DNA of 64,000 nt, from positions 34,536,001-34,600,000 of the forward strand of contig NC_087436.1 of assembly GCF_036321535.1 (NCBI RefSeq), in the 5' to 3' direction. Each line of letters starts with the position of its first letter. Position 1 is the first letter of the stretch. The notes beneath the pieces were generated by a model that was given only the letters and a program-made list of their open reading frames with translations, had not been told where the DNA came from and made no database searches. The DNA comes from Camelus dromedarius (lineage: Eukaryota). The position numbers were made by a program, and so were the translations under genes. Shown here in pieces: positions 1-13,378 of this stretch.

Positions 1-950
1 CTGCGTGTAATCGTTTGCATCTTAGGTCTCCTCTATCTGAGCCCCGGTCTCTGACCTTGGATTGACTTTACCTTTTTCTTGAAGGATAGCACATTTCTGT
101 AGCTCAGTAGTGTTATTTGCTTATTTCCTTTGAGTAGAATTGGGCGAATCTCATAGTCTTGTTTTATTATGTCCTTAGTCTGTCCCTTTCAGTCCAAGCT
201 GGCAGTGTTTCTGCTGAGACAGCATTCTCAGGAGCCTTGTACATCTCCAGTGTATGTGCCCTGGAGTCACTCAGTCAGACAAGAGGTTCCTCCACCGACC
301 TTTCCTGTATAATCTCATCTCTATTTTTGAATTCTGCTAAAATGACTAAGGGCAATCCCTGAGTCATGGACCTAATCTTTCAAAAAGCCCTGTCTGTGAA
401 GGAATACTCTGACCTCTTAGTCCTTCCCAGATACTCGCGAAAGGTTGTCCAGTCATGCTCTGGGCTTACTCTCTGGAGCCTGCTTTCCTAGCAATGAGTC
501 TCCTAATTTTAGCAGTCTGGATAGACTGAGAATTTCCCAGATCATCAAGTTCTAGGTGATCTTTGCCTAACAGATTTTTACTCAATCTACCTCTGTCCTC
601 TCATATTTTACTCTAGGCAGTGAGAAGGAGCCAGTCGTAATTTCAATCCTATTTTCGGAAATCTCTGCTAAGTGTCTGAGTTTATCACGTCCATGTTTTG
701 CTCGCCACACAACCGCAGAACACAAGTCAGTTACTTTTCTGCCACTTTACAACACTAGATACTGTTGTCTCCAGTTTCCAATAATGTATTTCTTATTTCC
801 ATTTTAGCTCTCCCAGCATTACCTTCATGGTCCATATTTCTTCCATCAGTGTGCTTATGATAATTTAGGTGTTTTCTAATATGATATATATCATCTCTAC
901 CTTGCTTCTCATTTTCTTCTGAATATTTATTAGCAGAGTCTTTAGAGCAA
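1..950 (-). mobile_element. ERVL-MaLR internal sequence fragment (MLT1/MST-int-like), degenerate
   Basis: About 600-930 resembles the antisense MaLR internal consensus (e.g. ctccagtttccaataatgtatttcttatttcc, catatttcttccatcag, cattttcttctga). Boundaries approximate. Confidence 0.55.
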
Positions 951-959
951 ATTCCTGGA

Positions 960-1340
960 TAGAATAAACAAAATGGAGGTGAAAATTAGTAGAACAATAA
1001 TGCAAGACATAAGCATAAAATGGGAATATCACACTAAATACCCATTCAGTAGCTGAAAAAGCCACCTCCAGACAAATCACAGAATCGTTAAGATTAGCAG
1101 AGAACTAAGAAAACAACAAAAAAGATCACACAGAGGTAAAGAATAAGAATGACTTCAGAATTTTAACTTGTAACAATGCCAAAAAAAAAAAAAAAAAGAA
1201 TGCCAATTACCATCAAAATTATTGGACAAGTGTAAGGACAAATTAAAGATATTTTTATACTTGTAATTAATGGGTAAGTTTACTTTCCTTGACCTCTTTT
1301 TAAAAAGTTACTGGAGGATAAGTTTCAATAGAACACAGTA
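960..1340 (+). mobile_element. Ancient L1 (L1M-type) ORF1-region fragment
   Basis: A-rich plus strand with L1 ORF1-like phrases (aataagaatgacttcagaatttt, gtgtaaggacaaattaaagatatttt). No open frame. Confidence 0.45.
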
Positions 1341-1627
1341 AGAATTAAATGGTTACAACTGAGTAGACATCACAAATTTCAAGAAACAGTGAAAGTTTCT
1401 TCACCTGTTAAGTGTAATAAAAAGACATCCCAGGATTGCCATTTGATAATCCAAGAAATAAACTGATCAAAATTAGAACAATAATTGAACAAGCTCCAAG
1501 AATTATACCTCAAGAAGGACCTGGATTTAACTGAACAGAAGAATAATCTTAGTTCTAAGGTAAGCACATAAGGCACATAGATATATACTTGTCAACAAAA
1601 CTGAACACGATTTGAAATTCCAAGGTA

Positions 1628-1765
1628 GCAGGGAGGGCACAGCTTAGTGGTAGAGTACATGCTTAGCATGCACAAGGTCCTGGGTTCAATCCTCAGCACC
1701 TCCATTAAAAAAATAATAACAAAATAAAATAAAATTTGAAGAATAAAATTAAAAATCAAAAAAAA
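1628..1765 (+). mobile_element. tRNA-derived SINE (camelid Vic-1-like) with A-rich tail and 14-bp target-site duplication
   Basis: Pol III A box (agcttagtgg) and B box (ggttcaatcc), A-rich tail at about 1705-1765, perfect TSD gaaattccaaggta at 1614-1627 and 1766-1779. Confidence 0.9.
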
Positions 1766-4700
1766 GAAATTCCAAGGTAAACAAATGGTGGAGAAATCAT
1801 GAACAAAATGTTGAAGCTAACAAAAATTTGGAGTTATTTTCTTAATTGGTGGAATTCGGGGAAAGTATTCATTTTTCACCTCACTATTGTTACATTATTT
1901 GTTGTTTTCCTCACTGATGGTTTCTCAGGATATTTATCACATGATTTATCTCTGTAAAGATTAATCTTCCAACAACCTTAATATTTTAAGTGCAGTTTCA
2001 TCATTGTCAGATTTTAGAATTAACTTGTAAATAAAACATGGATGATTTAATAAAGTTATAGATGAGAATATAAACTCTATAATTTAATTTTTCACAATGT
2101 AAGAATAATGGTGACACAGAATTGAGTGTTTAAGTTAGGTAAAGAATTGGAGGCAGACTAATTTCTTCACTATTTTTAATAGAGACATAATAGGAACTTT
2201 CAGAATTTGATGGACAAAGAAATAGGGATTTAAGTTATAAAGTGTATCAATAGCAAAACAAAATAACTGAAAATATTGGAAAAAAGGGAATAGGCCATTG
2301 GAATGGAGAAGTGTTAAGTATGCTCCTCATTCTCCATGAGAGAAAATGATGAGATACAACTTAAAGATGGTAAGTCAATAAATAGACTTGGAACTACAGA
2401 AGTACAGAAGAATGCACCAGACTTATGCAAATATGCAGTGATGAAAACTGGTAAATCTTGAAAACTGGAACTGTGAGAGAGGTTTGTAGAAGTACAATCT
2501 ACAATTTCATATTGCATTCTTATATACTGCTTTAATTGTTCTTTATAACAATTCACATTTATAAGGATCACATTCTTTCCTCTTCAATCAACCAAAAGAA
2601 AAATTCTAATCACCTCATCTATCCTCCAAACTCCTGGAGAAAAAAGTCAACACTGATCTTAGTGCCAAACTTTTTGCTTTGTTTTTACTTTGAACTTAGC
2701 ATCTTTTGTACGAAGTCAACTTTAATTTATCATTTAGTTTATATAATTCTAAAAGTATTTCATATATAATTATTCCATCTTTGCAAATCTAATCTCTCTT
2801 AAAAGACTAAAGATAATATATAATTTTTAATTATTCATTTAACTTATTCATTTTTAATTATCTACTGTCTCTAGTCTCAAAGACTGACAAGTCCATGGTA
2901 GGTGACTCATATGTGCTTATTAAACAGAATTATCTTTAAATTAATTGACACACAGGAGCTGGACCAAACCAAATATTTAACTCCGAATTAGCAGAATAAA
3001 AAGGTCATCAGAAAAAGATTGGAGTCATCAGGAAATCAAAAGATTTTGATCTCTATGTCTAAATAAGTGATGAACAGAACAGACAGGGAAGGAAGATTAG
3101 AAGGAAATATATTCTACCAACATCACTGATTTCTGAAAAATAAATCTGTTCATGTCATTCTAATGCCTAAACAGAACATAGAATGGGTCACCTATTGATT
3201 ACATTGTAACCGCCCTAGCGTGATGTAAAACATCCCGCACAATTGTGCTAGATGGCAGTCAGTTCAGCTTTCTTCCCTTCCACAACAACCACTATAAATG
3301 GTGCTCCCCTGAATTGTGGAGGAAAAACCTGGAGCATCAGTTCTAGAATCCCTTCTCAGTAGGGTCCCCTTTTTTTCCAATGTGTGCCACTAGTGTGAGA
3401 TTTACAAGTGAAAGAAAAGTTTAATTCATGTACTTCAGGGGCAGCAGACTTGAGAATGAATAGACAGCAATAAGAGTTTTTGTTAGTGGCTTCCAAGTGA
3501 AATCTTACACCACAGAGGTCATTGACTAAGTCGTCTTTGTGGTGGTTTCTGCGTCTTCATGGCAAATTATCCTGCGTAATACCTACTTAATAGTTTGAAA
3601 CAATGCATGGAAAATGTATACGTGTAAAGTGTGTGTGTAAACCTGGGTATTCCATCTCAGTACTTGAAAAATACTGTTCACTGTATATTTTTAAACTAAA
3701 CTTTAAACCCCATTTAAAATTGGGTTATTCCCTTGTCAAATCTTTGGAACTAGCATGAGAGATCATGACTACAAGACATTTCAAGAATATTTAAATTCTA
3801 ATTCTCAGACTGAAGTCACTACTTTTTTGGATAAGCCTGAAATAAGAAAGCTCAATATCTCCATTTGTTTTTACAGTCTACTTTATGTGATAACAGTCTT
3901 TATACGTTAAGATCTACCTTGTCTTATTATATTCTTCAGAATTAAATTACACAGATAGAGTTAATGTTACTGAACAAACTTTTATCAATAGTACCCCCTC
4001 TAATTGAAGGGCTATAATTAATTCTCTTGCTAAAATCTGAATTCCTATTTTAAAGTTTCCCAAAAGAAAAGAGCTATCAAAAAAAAAAAAAAGCATTACA
4101 AGTTTGACAATTTAATCTTCTCAGTATGTCACTGCAAGAATTGTAAACTGCTGTCAGATTTTGCTGCTTTTGAGACTGAGAACTGATATTACAAAGATCA
4201 AGTGCTAGGAGAAGCTGTCACGTTTCCCAGCACCTTGGAAATGAATACTGAGAGAAAGAATAAACACAATTACCCTTAAGAGATTAGATCAGTTAAACAC
4301 TGTAAAAATTTAGCACCACATAGACAGAATCACAAGCATAATTTTATTTATTTTTTTGCATAATTTCAAAAAGCTGATTGTTTCACAATGTACACATTCT
4401 ATTATTTCTTGAATTCATATCAAAAGTGCTCCTCCAGATTATGAAGTCACACTCAGTACAGGAGTAACTGACTTCCCTTTAATACTCCTTTCTTCAATTG
4501 TTCTGATGGTACGTTAATTATTGGCAGAACAAAAAGAAAAATGTGGGTGAATCCTTTTTTCAGGTGAAAGATCACAAATGCCTATTAATTCAACCTTGTT
4601 TCACTGTCCATCATGTCAAAGGTGGTGCCATTAGTAGACTGAACTGGCGCTGAACACGCTACAGTGAGTACCCGCATCGTCCATCAGTTTCCTCTGGACT

Positions 4701-5879
4701 CTGCCTCAAAGAAGGCACAAGATCTCCAGTCAAATGGATGGGTTCTGTGACTTCGTGAGGTGTTTGCTGCTGCTTTTCTTCCCTGAATCGTGCCAGCTCA
4801 TTTCATCCTTGCTTCTGTGTCATTAGAACATATGTCTGCCCTTTCCCCCTCTCTCTACCGCAACTTAATTTCTGTGAGCGGCTTCGATTTTCTGTCAACA
4901 GATGTGGATTAAGGAGCGGGTCAGTAAAGCAGATGCCTGAGGCAGCAATCCGAGAAGGATGTATACTGAGAGGCAAAATTGTATTTACCAGAACTGCTCC
5001 CCAGAAGACTGCAGCAGCACACAACTGGAAGAAAGAGCTTGACAAGCCCCTCCAGTTAGAGGATCAGATTCCTTAGAGACTTGCTTAAGACTAGTAGTTG
5101 GTCAATAACTTGATTGCTATCAAGGGTAGATTCTTTTAGAGACAGGGCTTTGCTTTTGCTGCTTTTTAATTTCTTGGCACTTTTTTTCCCCGCTTTATTC
5201 CCTTCCACAAGAGCCACTGAAATAGTGCTCCCATAAATGGCAGAGGAAAAACTTGGATCTTTATTTCTAGAATCTCTTACCAGCAGGATGTCCATTCCTC
5301 CAATGAGAATTTCAAGTGTAAGAACTGTGAGCTGGAGTCAGGGCTGAGTTGCTGAGGGCCATCAGAAGACAGCAGCCTAGTCGTCCTTCCTTGTCCTCAG
5401 GCACACTCAAATTCCTTAAAAATAAATTCACAGACTGTCAGGATGATGCGATATCCAATCACCACTGACCCCAGCTTCTGTGAGCCTTTCCATTCCTGAT
5501 GCCATTACCTGTTCACATTCTGCCTGGCAGGGGAGTGATGCAGTGAATATCAGACTCCTGAGAACCGACCACAAAGAAACTGAAACTCTTTCAAAAGCAC
5601 CCCATCTTGTGATTCAAGAAGCTAATGCTCTATGTAATAATAACTTTGAGAGAGAAGAGATCACACAGATAGAAGCCCTTCTTTTCACAAAGGACTTACA
5701 TATCTAGCACTTGAATCCACTAAAAACTTGTGGCGGATATAGGATGTAAGCCTTTCTCCCCCTTAAAAAGTTCTTTAATTTTATCAGGAGCTCTCCTTAA
5801 ACACCTGTGATATATTCAGAATAATCTATGTAGATACTTGGAAAATATTACAGCCAGCTGTATATTCTTTGGAATTTGA

Positions 5880-6260
5880 TGCCATATTTTGTTGTTAAAA
5901 AAATTGGAGACATAAATTTTTCCAAGCAAAATAAAAACTCATGAAGAAAACTTACTACATATGAAAAATGTAAATTTTCTATGGAAAAATATGATAAAGA
6001 GTAAGAAAAATAAAAAGCTGGAAGAAAAAGTTTACGACATACATCACAGACAGAAAGACTGAGAAACCATGATTCCTGTTGAAAAAAATGGGCAAATAGA
6101 TGATTAACAAAAACAAGAAATAATAATACAAATGACCCATAAGCATATGAAAAGGTATTCAAGCTCAATCATTTAAAAAAATCTAAATCAAATTGGCAAG
6201 ATGTCATTTTCTTTTGTCAAATTGAATAATATTTTATAAATTCTGATAATGCCTAATAAG
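5880..6260 (+). mobile_element. Ancient L1 (L1ME-like) 3' ORF2 fragment
   Basis: aaaaaatgggcaaatagatgattaac...aagcatatgaaaaggtattcaagctca...caaattggcaag matches the L1 ORF2 3' pattern. Confidence 0.6.
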
Positions 6261-7261
6261 TTCACTATAATTTGTGAAAACAAAGAACCTGAATCTGGGA
6301 GCATTTTCATTCGTGTGGTATATAGGGAGAAAACTGCAAGTATATACGGAAACTTTTAACTGAAACAGTTTACGGCTACGGGATCCAATTGTATGACAAA
6401 TGAGGTTGGCAGACTGTGTAACCGGTTTTCAACAAGCAAAAGTGGACACAGGACTGATAGATTCTGAAACGTATTAATTACTCATGGTTTAAAATAGTTT
6501 ATGTCTTTTTCAACTAAATTTTAAAAATGCTCCTAATAAAATGAGAGGAATGTCAGAAAGTTTAAAAATTCAAACTGAGATGACTATTTAGTAAGGCTTA
6601 TGGGGCACCTAAATACATTCTGAAAAATCACATAAACTGCCTGTTTTTACTCCACGATTTAAGTCACTATGTTTTTATTCTTCAGTTTTTCTTTGCAAAG
6701 AAAAATTTCATGCCCTTTTACCAAAAAATGAGAGAAAAAAATTATAATGTAAGCTCCGTAAGAACTAGATATGTAATTATTGTCTTTTTATTATTATTAT
6801 TACATTTCTCTAGAATCTGGAAGACTAGCAGGTAAGTAACAAGAGCTCTTTAACTTTGTTGAATGGATTAATTAACAGACAAATTAAAAGTAAAACAAAT
6901 TTCATTGACCAGATGTATTTTATTAGAGTAAAATGTAATAAAAATATATGTAGATTATTTTAAATTAAAAGAATTCTAGGGGCTTTTATATAAAATTGAC
7001 AGTTATATATGTATAAAATATACAAAATACATTCATTTAAACACATTTATATGAATATACATTTTATTTTATACTTTGGTATATATAATGTATATATTTA
7101 TAAATACTTGAGTATATATGTTACAAATGAGCGATTTTTTAATTAAGCCAGCATCTTATGAAATGGCACAGACTTCCTGAGGGCTAACAAAATACAGCGT
7201 CAGAAATACAAAGATGGAGAAAAATGAGGTGTCTTTTAGGACAGACACACGAGGGCAACGT

Positions 7262-7456
7262 GAGGCAGCATGATGTACTTGGGGATGACTGGATCAGGGT
7301 TCCAGAGACTCGATCTAGTTCCCTTTCTGCCGTGAACTGGTTTCGTGGCTTTGGACAAGTCAGTTAAAATTTCTGGACATCATTTTTGTCACTAGTAACT
7401 TGAGGGGAGTAGATATGATTATATCTTTGAGTCTTTCCCGCTTCCACATTCTATGT
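7262..7456 (+). mobile_element. MIR SINE
   Basis: gaggcagcatgatgta start, core gctttggacaagtcagttaaaatttctggacatcatttttgtcact, and end ttccacattctatg. Confidence 0.75.
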
Positions 7457-10400
7457 CTGCTGGAAAGTTTTTGCTTCTACTTCTGATAAGGTGAATTTAA
7501 AGATGGTAACAATAATATATACATACACATTGAGACTAAGAACTTCTCATAGAGATTTAAATTATCTTAAAAATAGCTTTTAAAGATGAATTTCAAAAAA
7601 AATGTGAATGAAGTAAAACTGTCAAATGGATTTAGATTTGAGCACACAGAGTAGGTGATTAGTCTAACCTTGCTGTCACCAGGCTCCGTAGCGTCCTCTC
7701 TCCAAAGCTGTGGTCTTTTGACTCACACCTGCCAACAGAACAGATCTACCTTAGGTTTGGGGACCAATTGTGTCTTTAATTGGGAGAAATTAAAGAAATA
7801 TTAATTTTTAAAGTCAGATTGCTCAGAATTGAATTAAATTTTATCTTATTCCTTGTATCTAGTTCTGGCAACAGGGCTTCTGTTTTAGTTTTTTCTTGTT
7901 TTTCCCATGGTATTCTAGAGCCAGTAATTGGATATTTTCCTGCCTCATTTTAAGCTATATATTCTAATTAAAAACAAACAAATATTTTATATCTCTTTCT
8001 CTGAAGATATCCCAGCTTGACTCTTACCTTCAAATAAATTATTTAGTTTGAGTGTATTATTTTTGAAAAAGTTATTACTGAGTACAAAGGCCATTCAGCA
8101 AATGAAAAACTATATTTTGTTAAGCAAAGACATCTACACAAGAGAGAAAAATTATGTGGGTACACATACCTAGTATGTGTGTGTACATACACATACATGC
8201 AGAGACATGTACACATTAAGTATGCATACGTATTTTAATCAGAAATTTAATCAAAGCAAAGTATGATGACCATTTATCCTTTTTCTCACTATTCTTCAAT
8301 TCCTGGATACGTCTACAGGCTCCCCTGTGAGCAGGTGTAACTGAGTCTCCTCTTGTCCCCTTGGTGAATTATTATTCCTGGAACTACCAGGATACATTAT
8401 TTTGGTCTGCTCAAGCTCAGTGCTATAATCCATTGCATGTTGCCTGTGTTTTAATTTTATCCTCCAAAAACTAGAGGGGAAGGGGGGTCCTTCAAAGATG
8501 AGTGATGAAGAACAGCTATGCTTAAATTGTCTGTATAAAGGTCATAGGTTCCATATGAGTGTAGAATATAGTAAATGGTCGTCCACAAACTCTTGCTGAC
8601 TTCTCACCAGGATAGAAATCACACTCAGGGAAAAATCAGAGATCATAAACTGAGAGTATAGCATGTCTGAACATAGAGAATTTGCATTTGTTATGTGAGT
8701 TAATTTAATGTTTTTCTAATTCCTCTGAGGTTTGCATTTCATAGACAGCTGGCTCAGTGTGAAGGCTATGAAGCTGTTCCAGAATCATCTAAATGAAGTA
8801 TTTAGTAACAGATGGCAATAAACACACCATAATGGGCCTGATTTTGTTTTATTTTATTAGACCAAGGTTATGGCCACAGTTATGAACTTAATCTGTCTTT
8901 TTTTATAGCCACGGTAGTGGTTGACATTGCATTCATATCACCAGCTGCCTTTGCTGAATCAAATGCTCTTTACAGCTTAATGCAGCTAAGCGATGGAGCA
9001 AATAACATATTTAGTGCCATGTCTTGTCAGTCGGAAAGTAGGGTGTTTCTAATAAGATGGTTTGGGCATGGATAACACATGCTCTTGTTTTTAAGTTAGG
9101 TACATTTCTAGAACAAAAGAATAAAAATAAGCATCGACTTTCAATAATGAAGGTGCTTTAGCACTACTCATGGTTAAATCAAATCAAGCTGGAAACAAAG
9201 GGGAAAATTGTACGACCATAGGAAAACAATGGAAAGGGTAAGACCAGGGAAGGAATCTGATCATTCAGTGTGGTGTGGATTAAAAAAGATTACCTCACTT
9301 TGTAAAAATAAAAATCAGTAGAACAAATTCTTTTCTAGTTTAATTTTAGACTTGGTTGATTTTATTTCATTATTAAAATCAATAAGATACAGGATTCAAA
9401 GTGGACAAAAGGAAACAGAAGCTCTCAAGAGCTAGGGTCCACAATGTATATAAACTGGTTGTATTCATCGCTTAGTTAGATCCAGACACATTTCCTCATG
9501 TATGAGACCGAAAAAAAAAAAAAAAGGAAGTTAAAGATGTTTATGGTAGTCTAGGAAATTCTGCTTAATCAATAATACAGCTGAATGTATACAATTTGTA
9601 CCACTAAACTTTCTTAAATACCTAGCTTTATCACACTCATACCCATTACATTTCTGTTTCTTTCTTGGGCTGGGCAGTCTAACTCTTTCCTTTTCTCACT
9701 GCCACTACCCAATCTTTTGCTTCCTAGTTTGCTCTCCAGACACCCTGACACCAAGAAGGGGGTGGCATGAGTACCACACAGGAGCATTTTACCCTTGTCG
9801 AATTGAAGTACACACTGAACTGGCATTCTGATACGTGCGTGTCATGACTGAGTTTCACTGGAATTATTTAAGACATGAAATCCAGGTAGAGTATAATTAC
9901 ACTAAAAGAGTTTGGTCTCACAAACTAGAAAATTGAGGATCTGACCATGTGAACTTGAGTGCTACCAAGTCACCTTCCAATACCCAGCTTGAAAGAAAGA
10001 GATAAAAGTGCATTCATTACAGAGCAACTCCCAAATTCTGCGTGTTAGTTACCTCTTATACCTGCACACTGCAGACAAGTTATTTTTAAATTATCAGAAA
10101 TTCTTGAATTTATCATCTGTATCTACCAATTCATTTTACAACAATCAACTCCTATAATGAGACTGCAGAGGAAACAAAGGGATCTCTTGATTATATGGAA
10201 CTATGTGTTGAGGGCTTCTAAAAATAGTGAAAAATACCACGGTTACAATTAAAATGCAAAATTGTTCCAAATTTATGGTGTTTTTAAAACAAATGTTTCA
10301 AACATGTTTTTAATATAGGTAATAGAATTCACAAGTTGCATTAAAGAAACTCATTTCAGTGGCAATAGAAGATTGGATTCAAGAATAGCATTGAGTTTTG

Positions 10401-10964
10401 TGATAAAATAAAATTTGGATAGTAATGATTCAAAGTCAGAAATGAAAGTAATGGAAATGTTTTCCACTTAGTCACAAAGTGCATGTGACTATGGTTTATC
10501 TCAACTTCAATTAGTTAAGCCCTCCGATAGTTTATGTTACATGAAATAATACTGAGAATTTGGCTATGTCTTCTCCTTGTCTGTTCCCCTAACTTCAAAG
10601 CCATAATTTGGGCAGAAGAGTGTGCTTTGAAAGAGAGACAAAGGGATGTTTCTAACCATCTCCCTCACGCATCCTGCTTCTCTCTTCAGCTAAATTCAAG
10701 CCTCCTTAAATAGAAGCACATGACTCAGGCAGATCAGCAAAACTCTGATTCTGCCTTAAAAGCTAAAACCGAGCCGGTAAGGAAACTAAGTTTTCACAGT
10801 TGCCCTGACTGTGCACTTTTTGCTAAAGTTATTACAGACTTGAAACAGTCTGCAACTGGAAGGTCATTCCAAGTGACCACAAGAGTTAATTTCACAAGCC
10901 TGGCTCCCACAGACTCACACCAGTTCCAGGGAGCTCGTACTTGTTACCGGGTGTTCACGTTACC

Positions 10965-11165
10965 TGGCAAAGGGAAGGAGACATCTAGATTTAAACCCTT
11001 CCCCTGTGATTCACCAGCTCTGTGAGCTTTGCGAGGTTACCTCATTTCTCCATCCATCAGTTTAATCATCAGTTAATTAGAGAAATGAACTTCACCAAGT
11101 TATTTCAAAGGTTAAAGTAATCTCTGCTAGAGTATCTGGGACAGATTAGAGGTGGAATAAATGTT
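10965..11165 (+). mobile_element. MIR SINE, degenerate
   Basis: Core-like tcaccagctctgtgagctttgcgaggttacctcatttctccatccatcagtttaatcatc. Confidence 0.55.
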
Positions 11166-11739
11166 TCAGGGGAAACGGCTTTCTCTCTAGGGCTGATAAG
11201 TAACTTGATTCCCCAATTCTCCTAATTTTTGAGGCTCCTCATGTAACTAAGGCTGACCAGACCCTCTGGACCCCTTTCCTTACGTAACAGTGTAACATAT
11301 AAGCACATCCTGGCTAGAATAAACAGTGTAGTCACTTCCAAAATAGTGGACGTTGCTTAGAATATCAATTACTATTTCAGCCAAGATATACACATTTTTC
11401 AGCCAAGTATATACAATTTTTTTCACATTCTGATTAACTAAATATGTGGTGTTATCGTTTAAATTACAGATTCACTACAGCTCAAAGTGGTTGACTCGCG
11501 TCTAGGGTGTTGTTCCTGAGCTAGATCTTGAGCAGTGAGTAGGGTTTTGTTAAGAAGGGTATGCTTTGAAAGAGTGAACTAACCTGGCTTAGAGATGTCA
11601 CAAAAGCCAGAAATGGATGGATCTATATAACTAAAATAGGAGCTCATGAGAAGTCTCTGGGACAGCAGAAAATGGTGGGCAAAGCTGAGGCCACTGTGTC
11701 CCTGAATGTACTGTGGGATGGAAAATGATTCTTTTAATT

Positions 11740-11933
11740 GTATCTTTTTCTATTGTATTATTAGTTATTGTTGTTAATCTCTTACTGTGCCTAATTTAGG
11801 AAATAAACTTTGTCATAGGTATATATGTATAGGAAAAAACATAGCATATATATATATAGGGTTCAGTACTATCTGTCGTTTTAGGCATCTGCTGGGGGTC
11901 TTGAAACCTATCCTTGTAAATAGGGGGGACTAC
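11740..11933 (+). mobile_element. Tigger7/MER44 (TcMar-Tigger) DNA transposon 3' end
   Basis: ttattagttattgttgttaatctcttactgtgcctaattt...gggttcagtactatctg...gggggtcttgaaacctatcc...aggggggactac matches the MER44/Tigger7 right terminus. No left end seen. Confidence 0.85.
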
Positions 11934-12176
11934 CTTATTATTGTAAGGTGAAATGCATTTAGAACTTTTTCTACATCAATTCCTGATATAAAATGTAAGA
12001 TGCTTGATTGACTCAGTTGACTACTGTTTACTAAAAATGTTTAGCACCAAAAAGTTTGAAAATCTTAACTCAAAAAATGTTTATACTTAACAAGTGAAAT
12101 AAAAGCAGGTCAGTTTTCGGACTTGCTGGAACTTAGTAGCTATATTTTATTACACGACATTGTCCTTGTGGGAATG

Positions 12177-12222
12177 GCAGCAAGTGTGTCTGCCTGCAGC
12201 AAGTGTGTCTGCCTACAGCAAG
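12177..12222. repeat. 19-bp tandem duplication (gcagcaagtgtgtctgcct x2 plus partial copy)
   Basis: Perfect copies at 12177-12195 and 12196-12214, followed by acagcaag. Confidence 0.9.
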
Positions 12223-13174
12223 AACCACATGTTGTTTCACTTCAAACTCTTTTACTGTCTTCTATGAAGGTTGTGATTAGTATTTTATTCCTTTCATAAT
12301 TACTCATCACTAGCAGTATGATAAGCACTGTAAATATTTTTAAAAATAAAATTTTAAGTGCGATGTTAGCACATACTTTATTTTTACTTCCTTTGGCAGT
12401 ACTTAAAATAGATATGTTTTGCTATTTTGCTTTCCTGATAGCATTCCCCTTAAAATTCATCTTTTACAGTGAAATGAAATACTGACAATATAAACAAACT
12501 TTAAAATTAGTCTTTTTTTCCCCCAGTTCAGGGAATTTGTGTTAGCTATTGTACACTTTTAAGAGGAAACGATGGATCCTTCCAATCCCTGATCAAAAGT
12601 TATAGTTGACTCAGAATAAATCAACATATGGGAAATTAGTGGCTATTTACTGCACATCACATCACAGAAATGCATTCTTTTTAGTGGCATTAGTCCATAT
12701 GATAAAACAGCTTGCAAAATTTTATGTTATCTATAAAAACCACGTATAGTTATAGGAATTCAACATTAGCACATTAAATATCCTTAAGAAATGAAAGCAA
12801 ATATATAGATTTGTACTTATATTCTCCACCTATTTTTATTTGTCTTAACCAATGATCATGGATGAGTCTCAACTTTTCTTTGAAGCTCAGATTGTAATAA
12901 AATTTTAAAATTTATATTAGACTCTATTTAGATGCCACATGTCCCCAGGAGATTAGCATTCTTTGCTTTATACTTTTTGTGAATGTATCTAAAATAAAAC
13001 TTCTACCATTTTTGCATATTTATTTATTTTGCCTCCCTTCATTTGACAACAAATCTCTGAAAGAAAGGATTATATCTTATTCATTCTTTTGCCCCCAAAC
13101 CCAGCATAGTAACTGACAATAAATATACCCTCTGCAATTGCCCACTGAATGAATAAATACTCAGTTGAAATTGG

Positions 13175-13378
13175 GAGAAGGATCTCTAGAGCCTTACTGT
13201 GTGGTTTTGAATCCTGGTTTTGCACTTACTCTGTTACTTGGGCAAATCATCCTATTTTTTTATGGGGACGATAATAAAACTAAATTCTTAGGGTTTCCTT
13301 GCTAATTGAGTTAATACTTGTGAAGCATTTAGACTAGTGCTTGGATCTTAGAACTCGATTAATATCTATTATTATTCA
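13175..13378 (+). mobile_element. MIR SINE
   Basis: tttgaatcctggttttgcacttact...cttgggcaaatc...atggggacgataataa...gtgaagcatttagactagtgcttgg. Preceded by an L2-like 3' end (tgaatgaat at about 13147). Confidence 0.7.

Noticed and set aside
1628..1705. tRNA gene
   Set aside because: The A-rich tail and TSD, with no clean acceptor stem, mark it as a SINE.
12177..12222. CRISPR-like repeat
   Set aside because: Adjacent copies with no spacers, in eukaryotic DNA.
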